From NCBI GenBank assembly GCA_040220235.1, contig JAVJTO010000055.1: DNA of 64,000 nt, one strand, 5' to 3'. This DNA is from Coleofasciculus sp. B1-GNL1-01 (GTDB taxonomy: Bacteria; Cyanobacteriota; Cyanobacteriia; Cyanobacteriales; Coleofasciculaceae). The position numbers and the translations under genes were made by a program. The notes under the pieces are model-generated. The model was given only the letters and a program-made list of their open reading frames with translations. It did not search any database and had not been told where the DNA came from. Below are positions 37,718-49,253 of this stretch, piece after piece (position 1 is the stretch's first letter; every line of letters starts with the position of its first letter).

Positions 37718-38911
37718 ATGAAACGACGCTCCTTTCTTATGGGCGCTAGCGCCCTAGCACTGGGGCAATTGGCGTCTGGGTGTGGCACTAGACAGTCAAC
37801 GGCTTTAAATGTAGGACTGTTGCAAAATTCAATTCCGGTTCAGTTATTGGCTGAATTTCGCCAAACCCTAGAGTCACCCGTGAGGCTCAAGTTTGACCCA
37901 CAAGCCCAGCTTAAGGATATATACCAGAACCTTCGGGTGTGGAAACGACAATCAGAAAACCCAGAATCCTCGCCTAGGTTTTCCCTGCCTCTGATTAGTC
38001 GCAAACCTCCCGCGATCGCCAATTTGGTCACACTAGGAGATTATTGGTTAGAATCTGCTATCAGTGAGCAACTGATTCAACCCCTAAAGCTGTCAACGTT
38101 ACCAGGATGGCAACAGTTACCCCCGCGTTGGCAAGAGATTGTCAGACGCAATCGCCAAGGACAACTTGACGAATCGGGATTAATCTGGGGCGCACCCTAT
38201 CGCTGGGGGACAGTAGTAATTGCCTATCGCCGGGATAAGTTTGAGGAATTAGGGTGGACACCTACAGATTGGAGTGACTTATGGCGTCCAGAATTACGCG
38301 ATCGCATTTCGTTACTTGATAGTCTGCGAGAGGTGATTGGGTTGACCTTAAAAAAATTAGGATTTTCCTATAATACCGCAAACTTGAGTCAAGTCCCCAA
38401 TCTGAAAACTGAACTCTTAGACCTGCATAAACAGGTTAAACTCTACAGTTCAAATCACTATCTAGAACCTTTAGTGTTAGGCGATACCTGGTTAGCGGTG
38501 GGTTGGTCTACCGATATCCTATCCCTGCGCGGACGCGATCGCCAAATTCAAGCTGTCATTCCTCGTTCAGGAACCTCTCTTTGGGCAGATGTGTGGGTAC
38601 AACCTGCTGTGCAAAAGACGGCTGCTAAATCGCCAGAACCAGAAACGTCCCAATCATTAACTCAGCAATGGATTGATTTTTGCTGGCGACAACAATCCGC
38701 GATCGACATTTCTTTATTAAGTCATGCGGCTTCACCAATACTGGTTACCCTGAATCCGGCTACGCTACCCGACTCACTGCGAAAGAGTTCGGTACTCTTG
38801 CCCGAACCCTCTATACTCGAAGCCAGTGAATTTCTATATCCCTTACCCTCAAAAGCTATGGCACAGTATCAGGAACTGTGGCAAGAAATTCGCACAATGC
38901 AATTTGTTTAG
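37718..38911 (+). CDS. Polyamine-type (PotD-like) ABC substrate-binding protein
   Basis: RRSFL Tat signal, PYRWG, DWSDLW, LAVGWSTD, GTSLWAD. Confidence 0.85.
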   Translation: MKRRSFLMGASALALGQLASGCGTRQSTALNVGLLQNSIPVQLLAEFRQTLESPVRLKFDPQAQLKDIYQNLRVWKRQSENPESSPRFSLPLISRKPPAIANLVTLGDYWLESAISEQLIQPLKLSTLPGWQQLPPRWQEIVRRNRQGQLDESGLIWGAPYRWGTVVIAYRRDKFEELGWTPTDWSDLWRPELRDRISLLDSLREVIGLTLKKLGFSYNTANLSQVPNLKTELLDLHKQVKLYSSNHYLEPLVLGDTWLAVGWSTDILSLRGRDRQIQAVIPRSGTSLWADVWVQPAVQKTAAKSPEPETSQSLTQQWIDFCWRQQSAIDISLLSHAASPILVTLNPATLPDSLRKSSVLLPEPSILEASEFLYPLPSKAMAQYQELWQEIRTMQFV

Positions 38912-38916
38912 ACTTA

Positions 38917-38968
38917 AGCCCTCAACTAAAGTTGGGGCTAAAAGCTGAAACCCGTTGAAACGGGTTCA
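38917..38968 (+). terminator. Double-hairpin repeat directly after a stop codon (copy at 60164-60215)
   Basis: ccctcaactaaagttgggg and aacccgttgaaacgggtt; 50/52 identity between copies; terminator role is inferred. Confidence 0.5.
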
Positions 38969-39231
38969 AAGAAAAGGTATCCCTAGTAAGCTCGATTCTT
39001 CCTTTAGCTTTGACACGGTAAGTAGGTAGGGACAATAAAAGTTAACGGCGGAGTTTGTCATTGAAAACAATACCAAATCCGGGTTAGTTACCCCCATCGC
39101 GGTTGAAAATAAGGTGGGTTGGGTTGTCCAGTTGGGGATTAATCGATTGCCGTTCAGTGGGGGATGGGCGGGTTTTGTTGTTCATTGATTGGTGGGGAGG
39201 GCGGGTTTTGTTGTTCCGTTAGTGGTGACTA

Positions 39232-39330
39232 AGCTGTTCGGCATTTAAACCTTAATGTCAATAATGGCGAAATCCTTGTAGTGCGAGCATCTTGCTCGCT
39301 ACCCATTGCCATTTTAAATGCATGACAGCT
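39232..39330. mobile_element. 99-bp MITE inserted at a TA inside a REPIN-like repeat
   Basis: TA-agctgt...acagct-TA; empty site ggtgactagctga seen in the paralogous repeat at about 25671. Confidence 0.85.
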
Positions 39331-39486
39331 TAGCTGACTTTAGTCCCTAAACCCGCCCCTACAATTGTCCCTAAACCCGCCCCTACAATTGTCCCTAAAC
39401 CCGCCCCTACATCTAATTTTTCTGCCCTAAATGCCTTGGCAAATAAATTACGCAAATTTATTGTTTTTGTCCAAAGTCCAATCAAT

Positions 39487-40272
39487 TTAGAATCCCAGTT
39501 TTTGGTAGTGACGCTTGAGCAGACGCTGAGCTGCATCTGAGGAAATATTCACGGGTTCAAAGGCTTTAGCATCGAATCGGCTTGTGCTAATCGTCATCAA
39601 TTGCCAATTGCCTTGCTCATGCTGGAGAATGGCATCTCCACCAAGCTCTTCCATCGCCCACGTTACAATCGCATAAGGTTCATCAATAGTGATTTCTAGA
39701 AACCGAACATTGTCGTGCCATTTATCCCAGTCATCCAGCAGCTTTTTTTCTGACTTATCTTTGCTTTCGTTAATAGTTATTTGCTGATGATTGGTAAAAA
39801 ACGGGGCTTTAACTAACAAGACCGTTAGCAAATTTAAGTGAATATTTAAATGATAGATCATCGCCCCCAAACGACGAATCGCATAAACTAAATTTTCATC
39901 AACATTCTTTAGATCACTCTGATCATTGCTGTGTTGCAGTTTCTGGCGACGTTCCAGGAAATGATTATAATCTTCAACTAGACCGAATATGCTCGTTGTC
40001 TTGCTGTCAAGCATGTAGAGAACATACTCATCCACCAATAAATGTTGAGGCGGAATTTTATAAATAATTTTTTTTAATTGTTCTACATTAATTGGCTCAA
40101 CCTGACTCTTCTCAAATGCTTGAATGTTGGGATGATCGAGTAAGCTCAGTTCATGGCGAATGACTTGATCCGCTTTACGAAGCTTCAAAAAAATCGTATC
40201 GACTTCAACCGCTAGGGAAGATAGTAATACTTTCTCTTCCTCTCTTTTAAGTTCTTTGTTGTTCAAACACAT
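39487..40272 (-). CDS. Hypothetical protein
   Basis: 261-aa ORF, no motif recognised. Confidence 0.55.
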   Translation of the reverse strand: MCLNNKELKREEEKVLLSSLAVEVDTIFLKLRKADQVIRHELSLLDHPNIQAFEKSQVEPINVEQLKKIIYKIPPQHLLVDEYVLYMLDSKTTSIFGLVEDYNHFLERRQKLQHSNDQSDLKNVDENLVYAIRRLGAMIYHLNIHLNLLTVLLVKAPFFTNHQQITINESKDKSEKKLLDDWDKWHDNVRFLEITIDEPYAIVTWAMEELGGDAILQHEQGNWQLMTISTSRFDAKAFEPVNISSDAAQRLLKRHYQKLGF

Positions 40273-40702
40273 TTGAGTTGCATTAAGAATGATTGAGCAA
40301 AAACAGTGACATTAAAACTGCTATTGCCTGTCGGCTTGGTTAGGTTTAGGCTCACGTCTAAGACCCTAAGTCGGTAAAAGGACTGTGACTGGTGTTTTAC
40401 CTTTGATTAGCAACCCTGATGTTCTGATTGAGTAATCTTGCCTGCTTTCTCTTTGGCGAGATATTCACGTTACCCAATTTTTGTAGACTGGTAAGTCTGT
40501 AATACGCAATGTATAACGTGTAAGACACTGTGTACATTCTAATTCCTATTGGCTGACATCAGCAAGTCGGTTTAGCCAACTTTATCAAGATTTCATCCCC
40601 GCAAACAAAACTGGGATCAACGGCGATCGCAAGCCGATAGGCTGCATTTGGAACCCAAATTCTATTACAATCTGTAAAGAAAACTGAAAAGGAAGGGCTA
40701 CG

Positions 40703-42172
40703 ATGCGCGTTGCGATCGTTGGGGCAGGACTTGCCGGAATGGCGACGGCTGTAGAATTAGTCGATGCCGGACATGAGGTCGAAATCTTTGAATCCCGTCC
40801 ATTCGTGGGCGGCAAAGTTGGCAGTTGGGTAGACGCCGAGGGCAATCACATTGAGATGGGGTTGCACGTCTTTTTTGGCTGCTACTACAACTTGTTTGAC
40901 TTGATGCAGAAGGTAGGGGCATTGGAGAACCTACGTCTCAAGGAACATACCCATACCTTTATTAATCGGGGTGGGCGCACGGGGGAGCTAGACTTTCGCT
41001 TTATCACCGGAGCGCCGTTTAATGGACTCAAAGCCTTTTTCACCACCTCTCAGCTATCACCCCAGGATAAGCTACAAAACGCGATCGCACTCGGAACCAG
41101 TCCCCTAGTACGCGGCTTGATCGACTTTAACGGGGCAATGCAAACGATTCGCGACTTGGATAAAATTAGCTTTGCCGACTGGTTCCGCAAGCATGGGGGG
41201 TCTAACGGCAGCTTAAAGCGGATGTGGAATCCGATTGCCTACGCCCTCGGTTTTATCGATACCGAGAATATCTCTGCCCGCTGCATGTTGACAATCTTCC
41301 AGTTCTTTGCTGCAAAAACAGAAGCTTCCGTTCTCAGGATGCTGGAAGGTTCGCCGAATGAATACTTACATCAACCGATTATCAATTACCTGGAAGCGCG
41401 AGGGGCAAAAATTTATACCAGGCGACGAGTGAGAGACATCCTCTACACCGAGACAGGAGACTCAGCTAACGTGACAGGTTTAGTCATCGCCCAAGGTGAA
41501 AGCGAAGAAACCATTACCGCTGATGCTTACGTTTGCGCCGCCGATGTGCCAGGAGTACAGCGTCTGTTGCCAGAATCATGGCGCAAATGGTCAGAGTTTG
41601 ACAATATCTACAAGCTAGATACCGTACCTGTCGCCACCGTACAACTGCGGTTTGATGGCTGGGTGACAGAACTCCATGATGCTCAAAAACGCAAGCAACT
41701 GGCACAAGCGACGGGGATGGATAATCTCCTCTATACTCCCGATGCAGACTTCTCCTGCTTCGCTGACTTAGCCTTAACCAGTCCCGGTGACTATTACAAA
41801 GAAGGGCAAGGGTCACTGTTGCAATTAGTCCTAACGCCCGGTGATCCATTTATCCGGCAAAATAACGAATCCATCGCCCACCATGTCCTCCAGCAAGTCC
41901 ACGAACTTTTCCCCTCTTCGCGGGAATTGAACATGACCTGGTACAGTGTGGTTAAATTAGCTCAATCGCTTTACCGAGAAGCTCCGGGCATGGACCCCTA
42001 TCGCCCTAACCAAAAAACTCCAGTGAGTAACTTCTTTTTGGCGGGTAGCTACACCCAACAAGATTACATCGATAGTATGGAAGGCGCGACTCTATCCGGG
42101 CGGCGTGCGGCTAAAGCGATTCTAGAACATGCACAAACACCTGTAGAACCAACCTTAGTTAGTACCATTTAA
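40703..42172 (+). CDS. zds: 9,9'-di-cis-zeta-carotene desaturase
   Basis: [51 protein letters not shown]. Confidence 0.95.
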   Translation: MRVAIVGAGLAGMATAVELVDAGHEVEIFESRPFVGGKVGSWVDAEGNHIEMGLHVFFGCYYNLFDLMQKVGALENLRLKEHTHTFINRGGRTGELDFRFITGAPFNGLKAFFTTSQLSPQDKLQNAIALGTSPLVRGLIDFNGAMQTIRDLDKISFADWFRKHGGSNGSLKRMWNPIAYALGFIDTENISARCMLTIFQFFAAKTEASVLRMLEGSPNEYLHQPIINYLEARGAKIYTRRRVRDILYTETGDSANVTGLVIAQGESEETITADAYVCAADVPGVQRLLPESWRKWSEFDNIYKLDTVPVATVQLRFDGWVTELHDAQKRKQLAQATGMDNLLYTPDADFSCFADLALTSPGDYYKEGQGSLLQLVLTPGDPFIRQNNESIAHHVLQQVHELFPSSRELNMTWYSVVKLAQSLYREAPGMDPYRPNQKTPVSNFFLAGSYTQQDYIDSMEGATLSGRRAAKAILEHAQTPVEPTLVSTI

Positions 42173-42338
42173 AAGATATCTGAGAACTGGGGAATCCGGG
42201 ATGTAGGGGCGGGTTTTACTACTATCGTTTCTTCCCTCACCCAGATGCAACTAAACCCGCCCCAACCAAGTACAAGAATTATGTGACGAATGACGAATGA
42301 CGAATGACAAATGACAAATGACGAATAACAAATGACAA

Positions 42339-42788
42339 ATGACAAATAACTCTGACTGGCTAGAACACAGTGTACAGGTTGAAGTTGAGGTGCCAATGGA
42401 AACCGTTTGGAGCCTCTGGTCTGATTTAGAACAAATGCCTCGCTGGATGAAGTGGATTGACTCGGTAAAAGTCCTGGAAGATAATCCAGATTTGTCCCGT
42501 TGGAAACTCGCCAGCGGTGGCTTTGAATTTAGCTGGATCTCTCGCATTCTGAAATTAGTTCCCCATCAGATTATTCAGTGGGAATCGGTTGATGGTTTAC
42601 CGAATCGGGGTGCAGTACGCTTTTATGATCGCCACGGAAGTAGTGTTGTTAAACTTACGGTGGCTTACGACATTCCCGGCATTTTGGGTAAGTTGATGGA
42701 TGGTTTATTTTTAGGTCGAATTGTCGAGTCTACGATTCAAGCCGATTTGGAGCGGTTTCGGGACTATGCACTTAAAATCCAAACTTAA
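42339..42788 (+). CDS. SRPBCC / polyketide-cyclase family protein
   Basis: WSLWSDLEQMPRWMKWI, WESVDGLPNRG, DLERF; downstream of zds. Confidence 0.85.
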   Translation: MTNNSDWLEHSVQVEVEVPMETVWSLWSDLEQMPRWMKWIDSVKVLEDNPDLSRWKLASGGFEFSWISRILKLVPHQIIQWESVDGLPNRGAVRFYDRHGSSVVKLTVAYDIPGILGKLMDGLFLGRIVESTIQADLERFRDYALKIQT

Positions 42789-43093
42789 GAACGTTGATTG
42801 TTGAGCAAGAGGAGGCGATTGAAATCGCTGCTACACAAACTTGCGTCCGCCTGCGCGGACTGACTTATAACCTTACTTTTGGTCGGAATCTGGAAAACCT
42901 CTCTCCAAACCTCTCTCCTGCAAGGAGAGAGGCTTTGAATTCTCCCCCTTCCGTGCAAAAAAAAGCGAAGCATCCTCGTTCCTCTTTAACCATTTGTTAG
43001 ATCTGTTAAAATCTGACCCAAATCCAAAAATGATTGATATTCGGTACAATTAAACATTCCCATAGATATGCACCCTGAGTTGAGGATTGGCTG

Positions 43094-44116
43094 ATGGCTA
43101 ATATCTCTAGAGAAACCCAAACTCCATTAGCGACAAAACAGCGGGTGCAATGGGTTGATTATGCCAAGGGTATCGGAATATTTTTAGTCGTTTTTGGTCA
43201 TACGCTCCGAGGTTTAGTTAATAGCTCAATCCTTGAGACTTCAATAATAGTTGTCTCGATTGATCAGTGGATTTATTCCTTTCACATGCCACTATTCTTT
43301 TACCTCTCAGGATTATTTATTGAGCGTTCAGCTTCCAAACCGCTAAGAGAGTTTGTCGTTAGTAAGCTTAAGGTTATCGCCTACCCCTACTTTGTCTGGT
43401 CAGTGCTTCAGACTGTCCTTCAGGCTATAGCATCGAGTTATACCAATAGTTCAGTTTCCTGGAGTAACTTGTGGCGAATTATCTACCAACCTGTGATGCA
43501 ATATTGGTTTCTCTACACTTTGTTTGTCATCATGGTGGTCTATGCAATTGTCCACAAACTCAATGTTTCTTCCAGAGTATTTTTAATTTTGGCGTTTTTG
43601 TTTTACTTGACGCAAATTGCTGATGTTGGCTTGGGTTCGTGGAGGGTTTTATATTCAGTCCGCCGCTATGCTATCTACCTCGCCTTAGGTGCGGTAGTAG
43701 GCAGTAGTCGATTTATGTCACAGTTGAGTCAATGGAAAACTCAAACTTTGCTCATGGTTACAATTGGTGGATTTTCTACTGTGGGATTAGCGGTTGGGTT
43801 CAATTTGATAGCGGTCAAATTACTGACATCTATAGTGGCTATCTTTGGCATCGCCGCCTCAGTTGCTTTAGCGATTTTCCTGGATCGGTTTAATAGAATT
43901 GACGTTGTGAAACAATGGGGAAGTTTGTCGCTAGAAATATTTGTGGCTCATACAATCGCTTCGGCATCACTACGAATTTTTCTCCAATATGTCTTCGGGT
44001 TTACCAATCCGATCGCGCACCTTATCCTTGGCACAGCCATAGGTATTTATGCGCCGATCGCACTGTATCGGATTTGCCAACGAAGTCGGCTTCGATATAT
44101 GTTTCGCCTCGTTTAA
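43094..44116 (+). CDS. Acyltransferase family 3 membrane protein
   Basis: WVDYAKGIGIFLVVFGH, FHMPLFFYLSG, YWFLYTL, SLEIFVAH. Confidence 0.88.
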   Translation: MANISRETQTPLATKQRVQWVDYAKGIGIFLVVFGHTLRGLVNSSILETSIIVVSIDQWIYSFHMPLFFYLSGLFIERSASKPLREFVVSKLKVIAYPYFVWSVLQTVLQAIASSYTNSSVSWSNLWRIIYQPVMQYWFLYTLFVIMVVYAIVHKLNVSSRVFLILAFLFYLTQIADVGLGSWRVLYSVRRYAIYLALGAVVGSSRFMSQLSQWKTQTLLMVTIGGFSTVGLAVGFNLIAVKLLTSIVAIFGIAASVALAIFLDRFNRIDVVKQWGSLSLEIFVAHTIASASLRIFLQYVFGFTNPIAHLILGTAIGIYAPIALYRICQRSRLRYMFRLV

Positions 44117-44276
44117 TACCTGTTGTGCCGTTCGCCCAGTATCTGAGTCAAGACTATTTTCTCAAAACCCAATCACGATCGAAACTGATGAATTTTCCTC
44201 CTATTTGCAGATTCGATTAACTTGAATCTTAGGATAGGTTGCAGTTATAGGTATTCGCAGGATTCACAAAAACATT

Positions 44277-44513
44277 ATGGCTGATATGACTCCTAAAGCA
44301 AACAATGAAATCAATCAAAAAGAAGCCGGAAATCTTTCTGATGTACCCATCGAAGATACTGACTTGGTTTCAGATACACCTGTAGACGATGAAGATACTG
44401 AGGAAGCCGTTATTTCCAACCTCCCCCAGGAAGCGACTGAATCTTATGGAACTGGTGCTCCTCTCGATCCAGGGCTGAATCTCGGTGGACGAACGACACA
44501 CGACAAGGCTTGA
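44277..44513 (+). CDS. Small acidic protein, possibly a truncated DUF6335-like protein
   Basis: LPQEATESYGTG...NLGGRT resembles the N-terminal part of that family; stop falls just before a tgttccc repeat. Confidence 0.4.
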   Translation: MADMTPKANNEINQKEAGNLSDVPIEDTDLVSDTPVDDEDTEEAVISNLPQEATESYGTGAPLDPGLNLGGRTTHDKA

Positions 44514-44589
44514 TGAATCCAATCACTTACTGTTCCCTGTTCCCTGTTCCCTGTTCCCTTGTCCTCCTGGTGAATTTCACTAGTGCTGG

Positions 44590-45519
44590 TCACTCGCCTG
44601 CGTGGTAGGAACTGCGAACCAAGGGACCCGAACGGACATGAGTGAAACCCATGTCTTTGGCGATCGCACCCAGTCGCTCAAATTCCTCTGGTGTCCAATA
44701 GCGCTGCACTCTCAGGTGTTCCAGAGAGGGACGCATATATTGCCCTAGGGTGAGGCGATCGCATTCAGCACGGCGCAAATCCTCCATGGCTTCGATTACC
44801 TCGGCTTCTGTCTCGCCATGTCCCAACATTAATCCTGACTTGGTGGGAATTGTCGGGTCAAGGGCTTTGACGATGCGGAGAACATCCAGCGATCGCTCAT
44901 ATTGGGCGCCCCGGCGCACTTGTCCCTGTAGTCGTTTGACGGTTTCAATATTGTGGTTATAACAAGCTGGACGCGCCTGCACCACCGTTTTCACCCGTTG
45001 GCGCTGCAACTCGGTTGGCGTTTGATTCTCCTGACCTCTCCCGCCCCAAAAGTCTGCCGTTAGTACCTCAATTTGGGTCTCTGGATTCAATCGCCGGATC
45101 GCATCCATTGTGGCAACAAACCAACCCGCCCCCTGATCCGGTAAATCATCTCGCGCTACGGATGTCAGTACCACATACCGCAATCCCAATAACTGAACCG
45201 ATTCAGCAATTTTTTGGGGTTCTTCCGGATCAAGAGGCATGGGAGCATGACCCTTATCCACTTGACAAAATGCACAAGCACGGGTACAAGTTGGACCCAT
45301 CAGCAAAAAAGTCGCCGTTTTGTTAGCATAACATTCCCCCCGATTGGGACAGCGCCCCTCTTCACAGATCGTGTGAATTTGCCGTTGTTTAACGATGCGC
45401 TGCACCGTGGAGATATCACTGGCATTACCAATGGGGCGTCGCAACCAACTGGGTAGGGCAGTAATTTCCTCTCGCCAAAGGTTTTTAGCAGACAGATTGG
45501 GTTGAGTCGGCAAATCCAT
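44590..45519 (-). CDS. lipA: Lipoyl synthase
   Basis: [43 protein letters not shown]. Confidence 0.95.
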   Translation of the reverse strand: MDLPTQPNLSAKNLWREEITALPSWLRRPIGNASDISTVQRIVKQRQIHTICEEGRCPNRGECYANKTATFLLMGPTCTRACAFCQVDKGHAPMPLDPEEPQKIAESVQLLGLRYVVLTSVARDDLPDQGAGWFVATMDAIRRLNPETQIEVLTADFWGGRGQENQTPTELQRQRVKTVVQARPACYNHNIETVKRLQGQVRRGAQYERSLDVLRIVKALDPTIPTKSGLMLGHGETEAEVIEAMEDLRRAECDRLTLGQYMRPSLEHLRVQRYWTPEEFERLGAIAKDMGFTHVRSGPLVRSSYHAGE

Positions 45520-45821
45520 AATAATTGTGGTGAGCTATCAGCAACAGTGTTACTCTGTACGATAAAAATGGTAAAGCATTTTACTCTGACTCTGATTTGA
45601 TCCGAGTTTTGCTCTCAACCAACCAAGCAGATTACTCTAGAATCATGGACAACGAGTGCTTTTGGGTTCAATCTCAAAACAGCAAAAGAGTTACAGGTGT
45701 CGGTCGGTCATCCGTTGTTTTCCCGCAAACAGACTCTATAAGGTCTGTCTGAGTGGAGTTATGGGGTCTGGTCTACCTGGGCTGAAGACGTTTTTCTTTT
45801 ACCTTTCCAAAGGAGTCAGTC

Positions 45822-46376
45822 GTGGCAAGCCATAAAATATTAGTTATTGATGACAGTAGAGTTATCCGGATGCGTGTTAAAGAAATGTTGCCGCCCGGTA
45901 ACTTTGAAGTGTTAGAAGCCAAAGATGGTATTGAAGGTCTTAATCAGATCCGTCAGGAGCATCCCAACCTAATTATGTTAGATTTTCTTCTTCCTAAAAT
46001 GAGTGGTTGGGATGTTTTTCAACAAATTCAAAGTGACGGGACTCTCCAGAGTATTCCTTTAGTATTAATGTCAGGTCGTAAGGAAGAAGTAACGGAGAAG
46101 ATACCGGAGCCGTTTGAGTATTTTGCTTTCGTTGAAAAGCCCTTTGAAAAGAAACAACTGGTTGATGCAATTAAGGAAGCAATGGCGAAGGCGAAAAAAC
46201 GCCCCGTTATGGCTCCGCCCCCCAAAGAAGAAGCACCTGCGGGTGAAGCTCCTAGCGTTTCATCAGACGAAGTTCAAGCCTTAAATACAAAAATTGAACA
46301 TTTACAGTCAGAAGTTGATGGATTGAAAAAACAAATGGGACAACTCGTGTCATTTATTAAGCAAAAACTCAAGTGA
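45822..46376 (+). CDS. Response regulator (receiver domain plus coiled-coil tail)
   Basis: ILVIDDS, IMLDFLLPKMSG, EKPF. Confidence 0.9.
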   Translation: MASHKILVIDDSRVIRMRVKEMLPPGNFEVLEAKDGIEGLNQIRQEHPNLIMLDFLLPKMSGWDVFQQIQSDGTLQSIPLVLMSGRKEEVTEKIPEPFEYFAFVEKPFEKKQLVDAIKEAMAKAKKRPVMAPPPKEEAPAGEAPSVSSDEVQALNTKIEHLQSEVDGLKKQMGQLVSFIKQKLK

Positions 46377-46412
46377 CCTTCAGCATAACCGAGATTTCAA
46401 CTCGGTGAGACT

Positions 46413-47204
46413 ATGAAACGGCTCAATTCCTATTTAAACTCAGATCGCCTCCGGCAAGTTCTCACATTGAGTGCTATTCTTGCCGCTTTTGGCATTAATG
46501 TCTGGGCAAATATCGCGCCGATTGGTGGACTAACAATCGGCGACATCTCCAATACTCTCTTTGGAGAAATTAAGATTATCCCAGCCAGCTATGCTTTTGC
46601 TATATGGGGGATCATTTATCTGAGTTTGATTAGTCTGGGGATTTATCAGGTATTGCCCAACCAGCGGCACAATACTTATCTGCGTCAGATGGGCTATGGT
46701 TTAGTGCTGGCGAGTGTTGCCCAGATTGTTTGGGTGTTTCTGTTCCAGTATCGCCAGTTTGCGCTGTCGCTGGTGGCGATGCTGGGGATTTTAGTGCCAC
46801 TGATTCGAGTGTATTGGCGGCTGGGTATTGGTTCTATCAGGGTGTCTCGGAAAGAGAAATGGTACATTCACATTCCCGTGAGTATCTATTTGGCGTGGAT
46901 CAGCGTAGCCACAATTCTGAATGTGGCAATTGTACTCTATGACCTTGGCTGGAATGGCTGGGGGATTGACTCCTCGCTGTGGACGGCAATTGTCCTACTT
47001 GTCGGGGCGGCGATTACAGCAACGGTGATTATTCAGCGATCGGATATTGCTTTTCCCCTCGTGATTGCTTGGGCTTATGGTGCGATCGCGGTGCGTCATA
47101 CGGATACCCTGCTGATTTCCGGAGTCGCTGGGGGATTCGCGATCGCACTTGTGTTATTCGCTGGGTTGAAACGTTACCGCAAGCAGAGATCAAGACTAAC
47201 ATAA
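46413..47204 (+). CDS. TspO/MBR-related integral membrane protein
   Basis: PASYAFAIWGIIY, SIYLAWISVATILN; multiple TM helices. Confidence 0.7.
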   Translation: MKRLNSYLNSDRLRQVLTLSAILAAFGINVWANIAPIGGLTIGDISNTLFGEIKIIPASYAFAIWGIIYLSLISLGIYQVLPNQRHNTYLRQMGYGLVLASVAQIVWVFLFQYRQFALSLVAMLGILVPLIRVYWRLGIGSIRVSRKEKWYIHIPVSIYLAWISVATILNVAIVLYDLGWNGWGIDSSLWTAIVLLVGAAITATVIIQRSDIAFPLVIAWAYGAIAVRHTDTLLISGVAGGFAIALVLFAGLKRYRKQRSRLT

Positions 47205-47288
47205 AGTCCGCGCAGGCGGACTTTGTTTATGTAGGCGTAAATTTCGTTCGCCATCTATTTTTTATAGATTGAACGGGGAATTTATTGA

Positions 47289-48176
47289 TCAAATTTCAGC
47301 CGCAGCTCGTTCAATTAAACGGCGGGCGACGGTTTGAGTGCCAGTATGTTCGTAATAATTCGTTGATGTGTCTAAAAATGCAGCCAGATAATCCAACTTA
47401 TCATCCGCAATTTCCACAAATCCTTGCAGGTGATTAACCACCTTTTGGGGGGTCAATCCTTTTGCTGCAACCACACCCCCCATCCAACCTTTCACCGCAT
47501 CGAAGCTTTCCCCAATAAAGTTCAGCTTCCCTTCAGAACTCTCTCCCGGAATCAAGCTGCTGATTTGTTGGAAAGTGGAATTTTGCTCTAAGCGCGAGGG
47601 ACTTAATCCAGAAAGTGTGGATTGTGCGGCTTGAATGAAATCAGGACCTAGAGGAATCAAACCATCAATACAAATAAGTCCCGCCATCCGGATCATCGAC
47701 TCACCGCTATAATCGGCTAAAGCATTGACAAAATCCCCGATACTGTCTCCAGGAATGCCGTTAATTTGACAAAACGCCACCAATTCTGCCACAACTTTTA
47801 AACACAGATCGATGGTTTGTGCCGTATCAGCTTTGGGCGTAAGTCGATTTAAAAATCCCAGAAACGAAACTCGTTCACCGATTTTATTAGCTAAAGCTGC
47901 CGCACCGAGAGCAAAATCTGCACTATCAACAGACTGGAACAGCCAAATTGCCCGTTGATAGCCTTGGGACTTGTCGTTATAGAGCCAAAGAGCGCGTTCA
48001 CTAATATCCTGAATTAATGCCGGATCATCTTCCCCTGTAACCTCACGCACGGTATTTTCAAAGCCAACCACATTTTGCCAATCACCGGGAGCAACAAAGT
48101 CCAAGGCTTTCAAGACGGAAACGGTTAGTCCACCTTCAGGTAAGTTATCAACTAATTCAATAATAGATTTACTCAT
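47289..48176 (-). CDS. Conserved cyanobacterial hypothetical protein
   Basis: ATG MSKSIIELVD at 48176; the longer ORF-track start runs through STRR repeats. Confidence 0.75.
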   Translation of the reverse strand: MSKSIIELVDNLPEGGLTVSVLKALDFVAPGDWQNVVGFENTVREVTGEDDPALIQDISERALWLYNDKSQGYQRAIWLFQSVDSADFALGAAALANKIGERVSFLGFLNRLTPKADTAQTIDLCLKVVAELVAFCQINGIPGDSIGDFVNALADYSGESMIRMAGLICIDGLIPLGPDFIQAAQSTLSGLSPSRLEQNSTFQQISSLIPGESSEGKLNFIGESFDAVKGWMGGVVAAKGLTPQKVVNHLQGFVEIADDKLDYLAAFLDTSTNYYEHTGTQTVARRLIERAAAEI

Positions 48177-48394
48177 GTAAACTCTCCTATAAATCGTTTC
48201 AATGATATCTTTAATTTGTTCCCAATGACCAATGACAAATGACAAATGACAAATGACCAATGACAAATGACCAATGACCAATGATCAATGATAGAGAACT
48301 AACTCTCTGTGTAATCAGTGTAACTAAGCTTTCATCCCCTACCCGAATCTGGACAATAAATCTGTGAAATCAGTGTTTTGACGAATGACCAATT

Positions 48395-48934
48395 TTATTT
48401 GAGTTGGGATAATCCTTGCAGGTCAAACTTTTCCAACCAAGCCTCGCGATCGCTAGGGGTAAAGGAGTCGTCACGGGATTGGACTTTGACTTGGAAGCGA
48501 TCGCCAACTAGAATCGCGGTTTGTGTCTTCCCCCGTTCTACACCGGGATAGCCTGCAATTGTTTTAGTGCTATCCTGGAATTTCTTAGCCGCACTGGGGT
48601 TATTAGCTAAATCATTAATCGATAGCACCGCCACATCCTTGCCATCCTGTTTCAACTTGGCTTCGGCAAATCCAGTTTTCTCTTGGGCAAATATGCGTTT
48701 ATAATCACCGCTAGCGTCGGGGAAGAATTTATTAAATTGCCCCCCAGCCAAAGGTTCGCCTGTGGGAACCTGAGTGGGTTGCTGAGTGCTAGTTTGAGGC
48801 GCTTCGGTTGAGGGTGGGGGTGCGGTGGATGGTGCGGCACAAGCCGTTACGAGTAGAAATAGCGAGAGTGATAAAGCGGTGAGTATTTTACCGATTCTGA
48901 ACATTAGGGTTAGCGTCCTCATCGTGTGTGCCAA
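48395..48934 (-). CDS. Putative lipoprotein
   Basis: hydrophobic signal with LVTAC lipobox; FNKFFP, QEKTGFAEAKL. Confidence 0.7.
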   Translation of the reverse strand: MAHTMRTLTLMFRIGKILTALSLSLFLLVTACAAPSTAPPPSTEAPQTSTQQPTQVPTGEPLAGGQFNKFFPDASGDYKRIFAQEKTGFAEAKLKQDGKDVAVLSINDLANNPSAAKKFQDSTKTIAGYPGVERGKTQTAILVGDRFQVKVQSRDDSFTPSDREAWLEKFDLQGLSQLK

Positions 48935-49162
48935 GATTTTCTCATTGTGACATAGCGATCGCGCAAATCAGTTTGCCGTTGTTGCCAGATGGCTTCGAGT
49001 CGAGAAAAGCCTTCTTTTGTCTATCGTTTGACTAGAACTTTTAGGGGGACTCGATTAGGTTCTGATGGTGGATTGGCAGGGAGAGGGGTGTGCGGGTTGG
49101 GGGTTGGGTTGGGAAGAAACTCTTGTGTCATAAGGATTTAACTGCTTTTCAAGTTGACGGTG

Positions 49163-49218
49163 ATGTTTACAATCGCAAACATTCTTAGCTTATCTCAAAT
49201 GTCCGCAATTGTAAACAT
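49163..49218. promoter_or_regulatory. Pair of inverted 20-bp operator-like boxes upstream of the XRE-HTH array
   Basis: atgtttacaatcgcaaacat (49163-49182) vs atgtccgcaattgtaaacat (49199-49218): 17/20 inverted match. Confidence 0.55.
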
Positions 49219-49253
49219 TTACTGAGTCATGTACATCTGACACCATAGAAACC

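Noticed and set aside
48177..48281. N-terminal extension MVIGHLSLVICHLSF
   Set aside because: Translation of STRR heptamer repeats; the real start is probably ATG 48176
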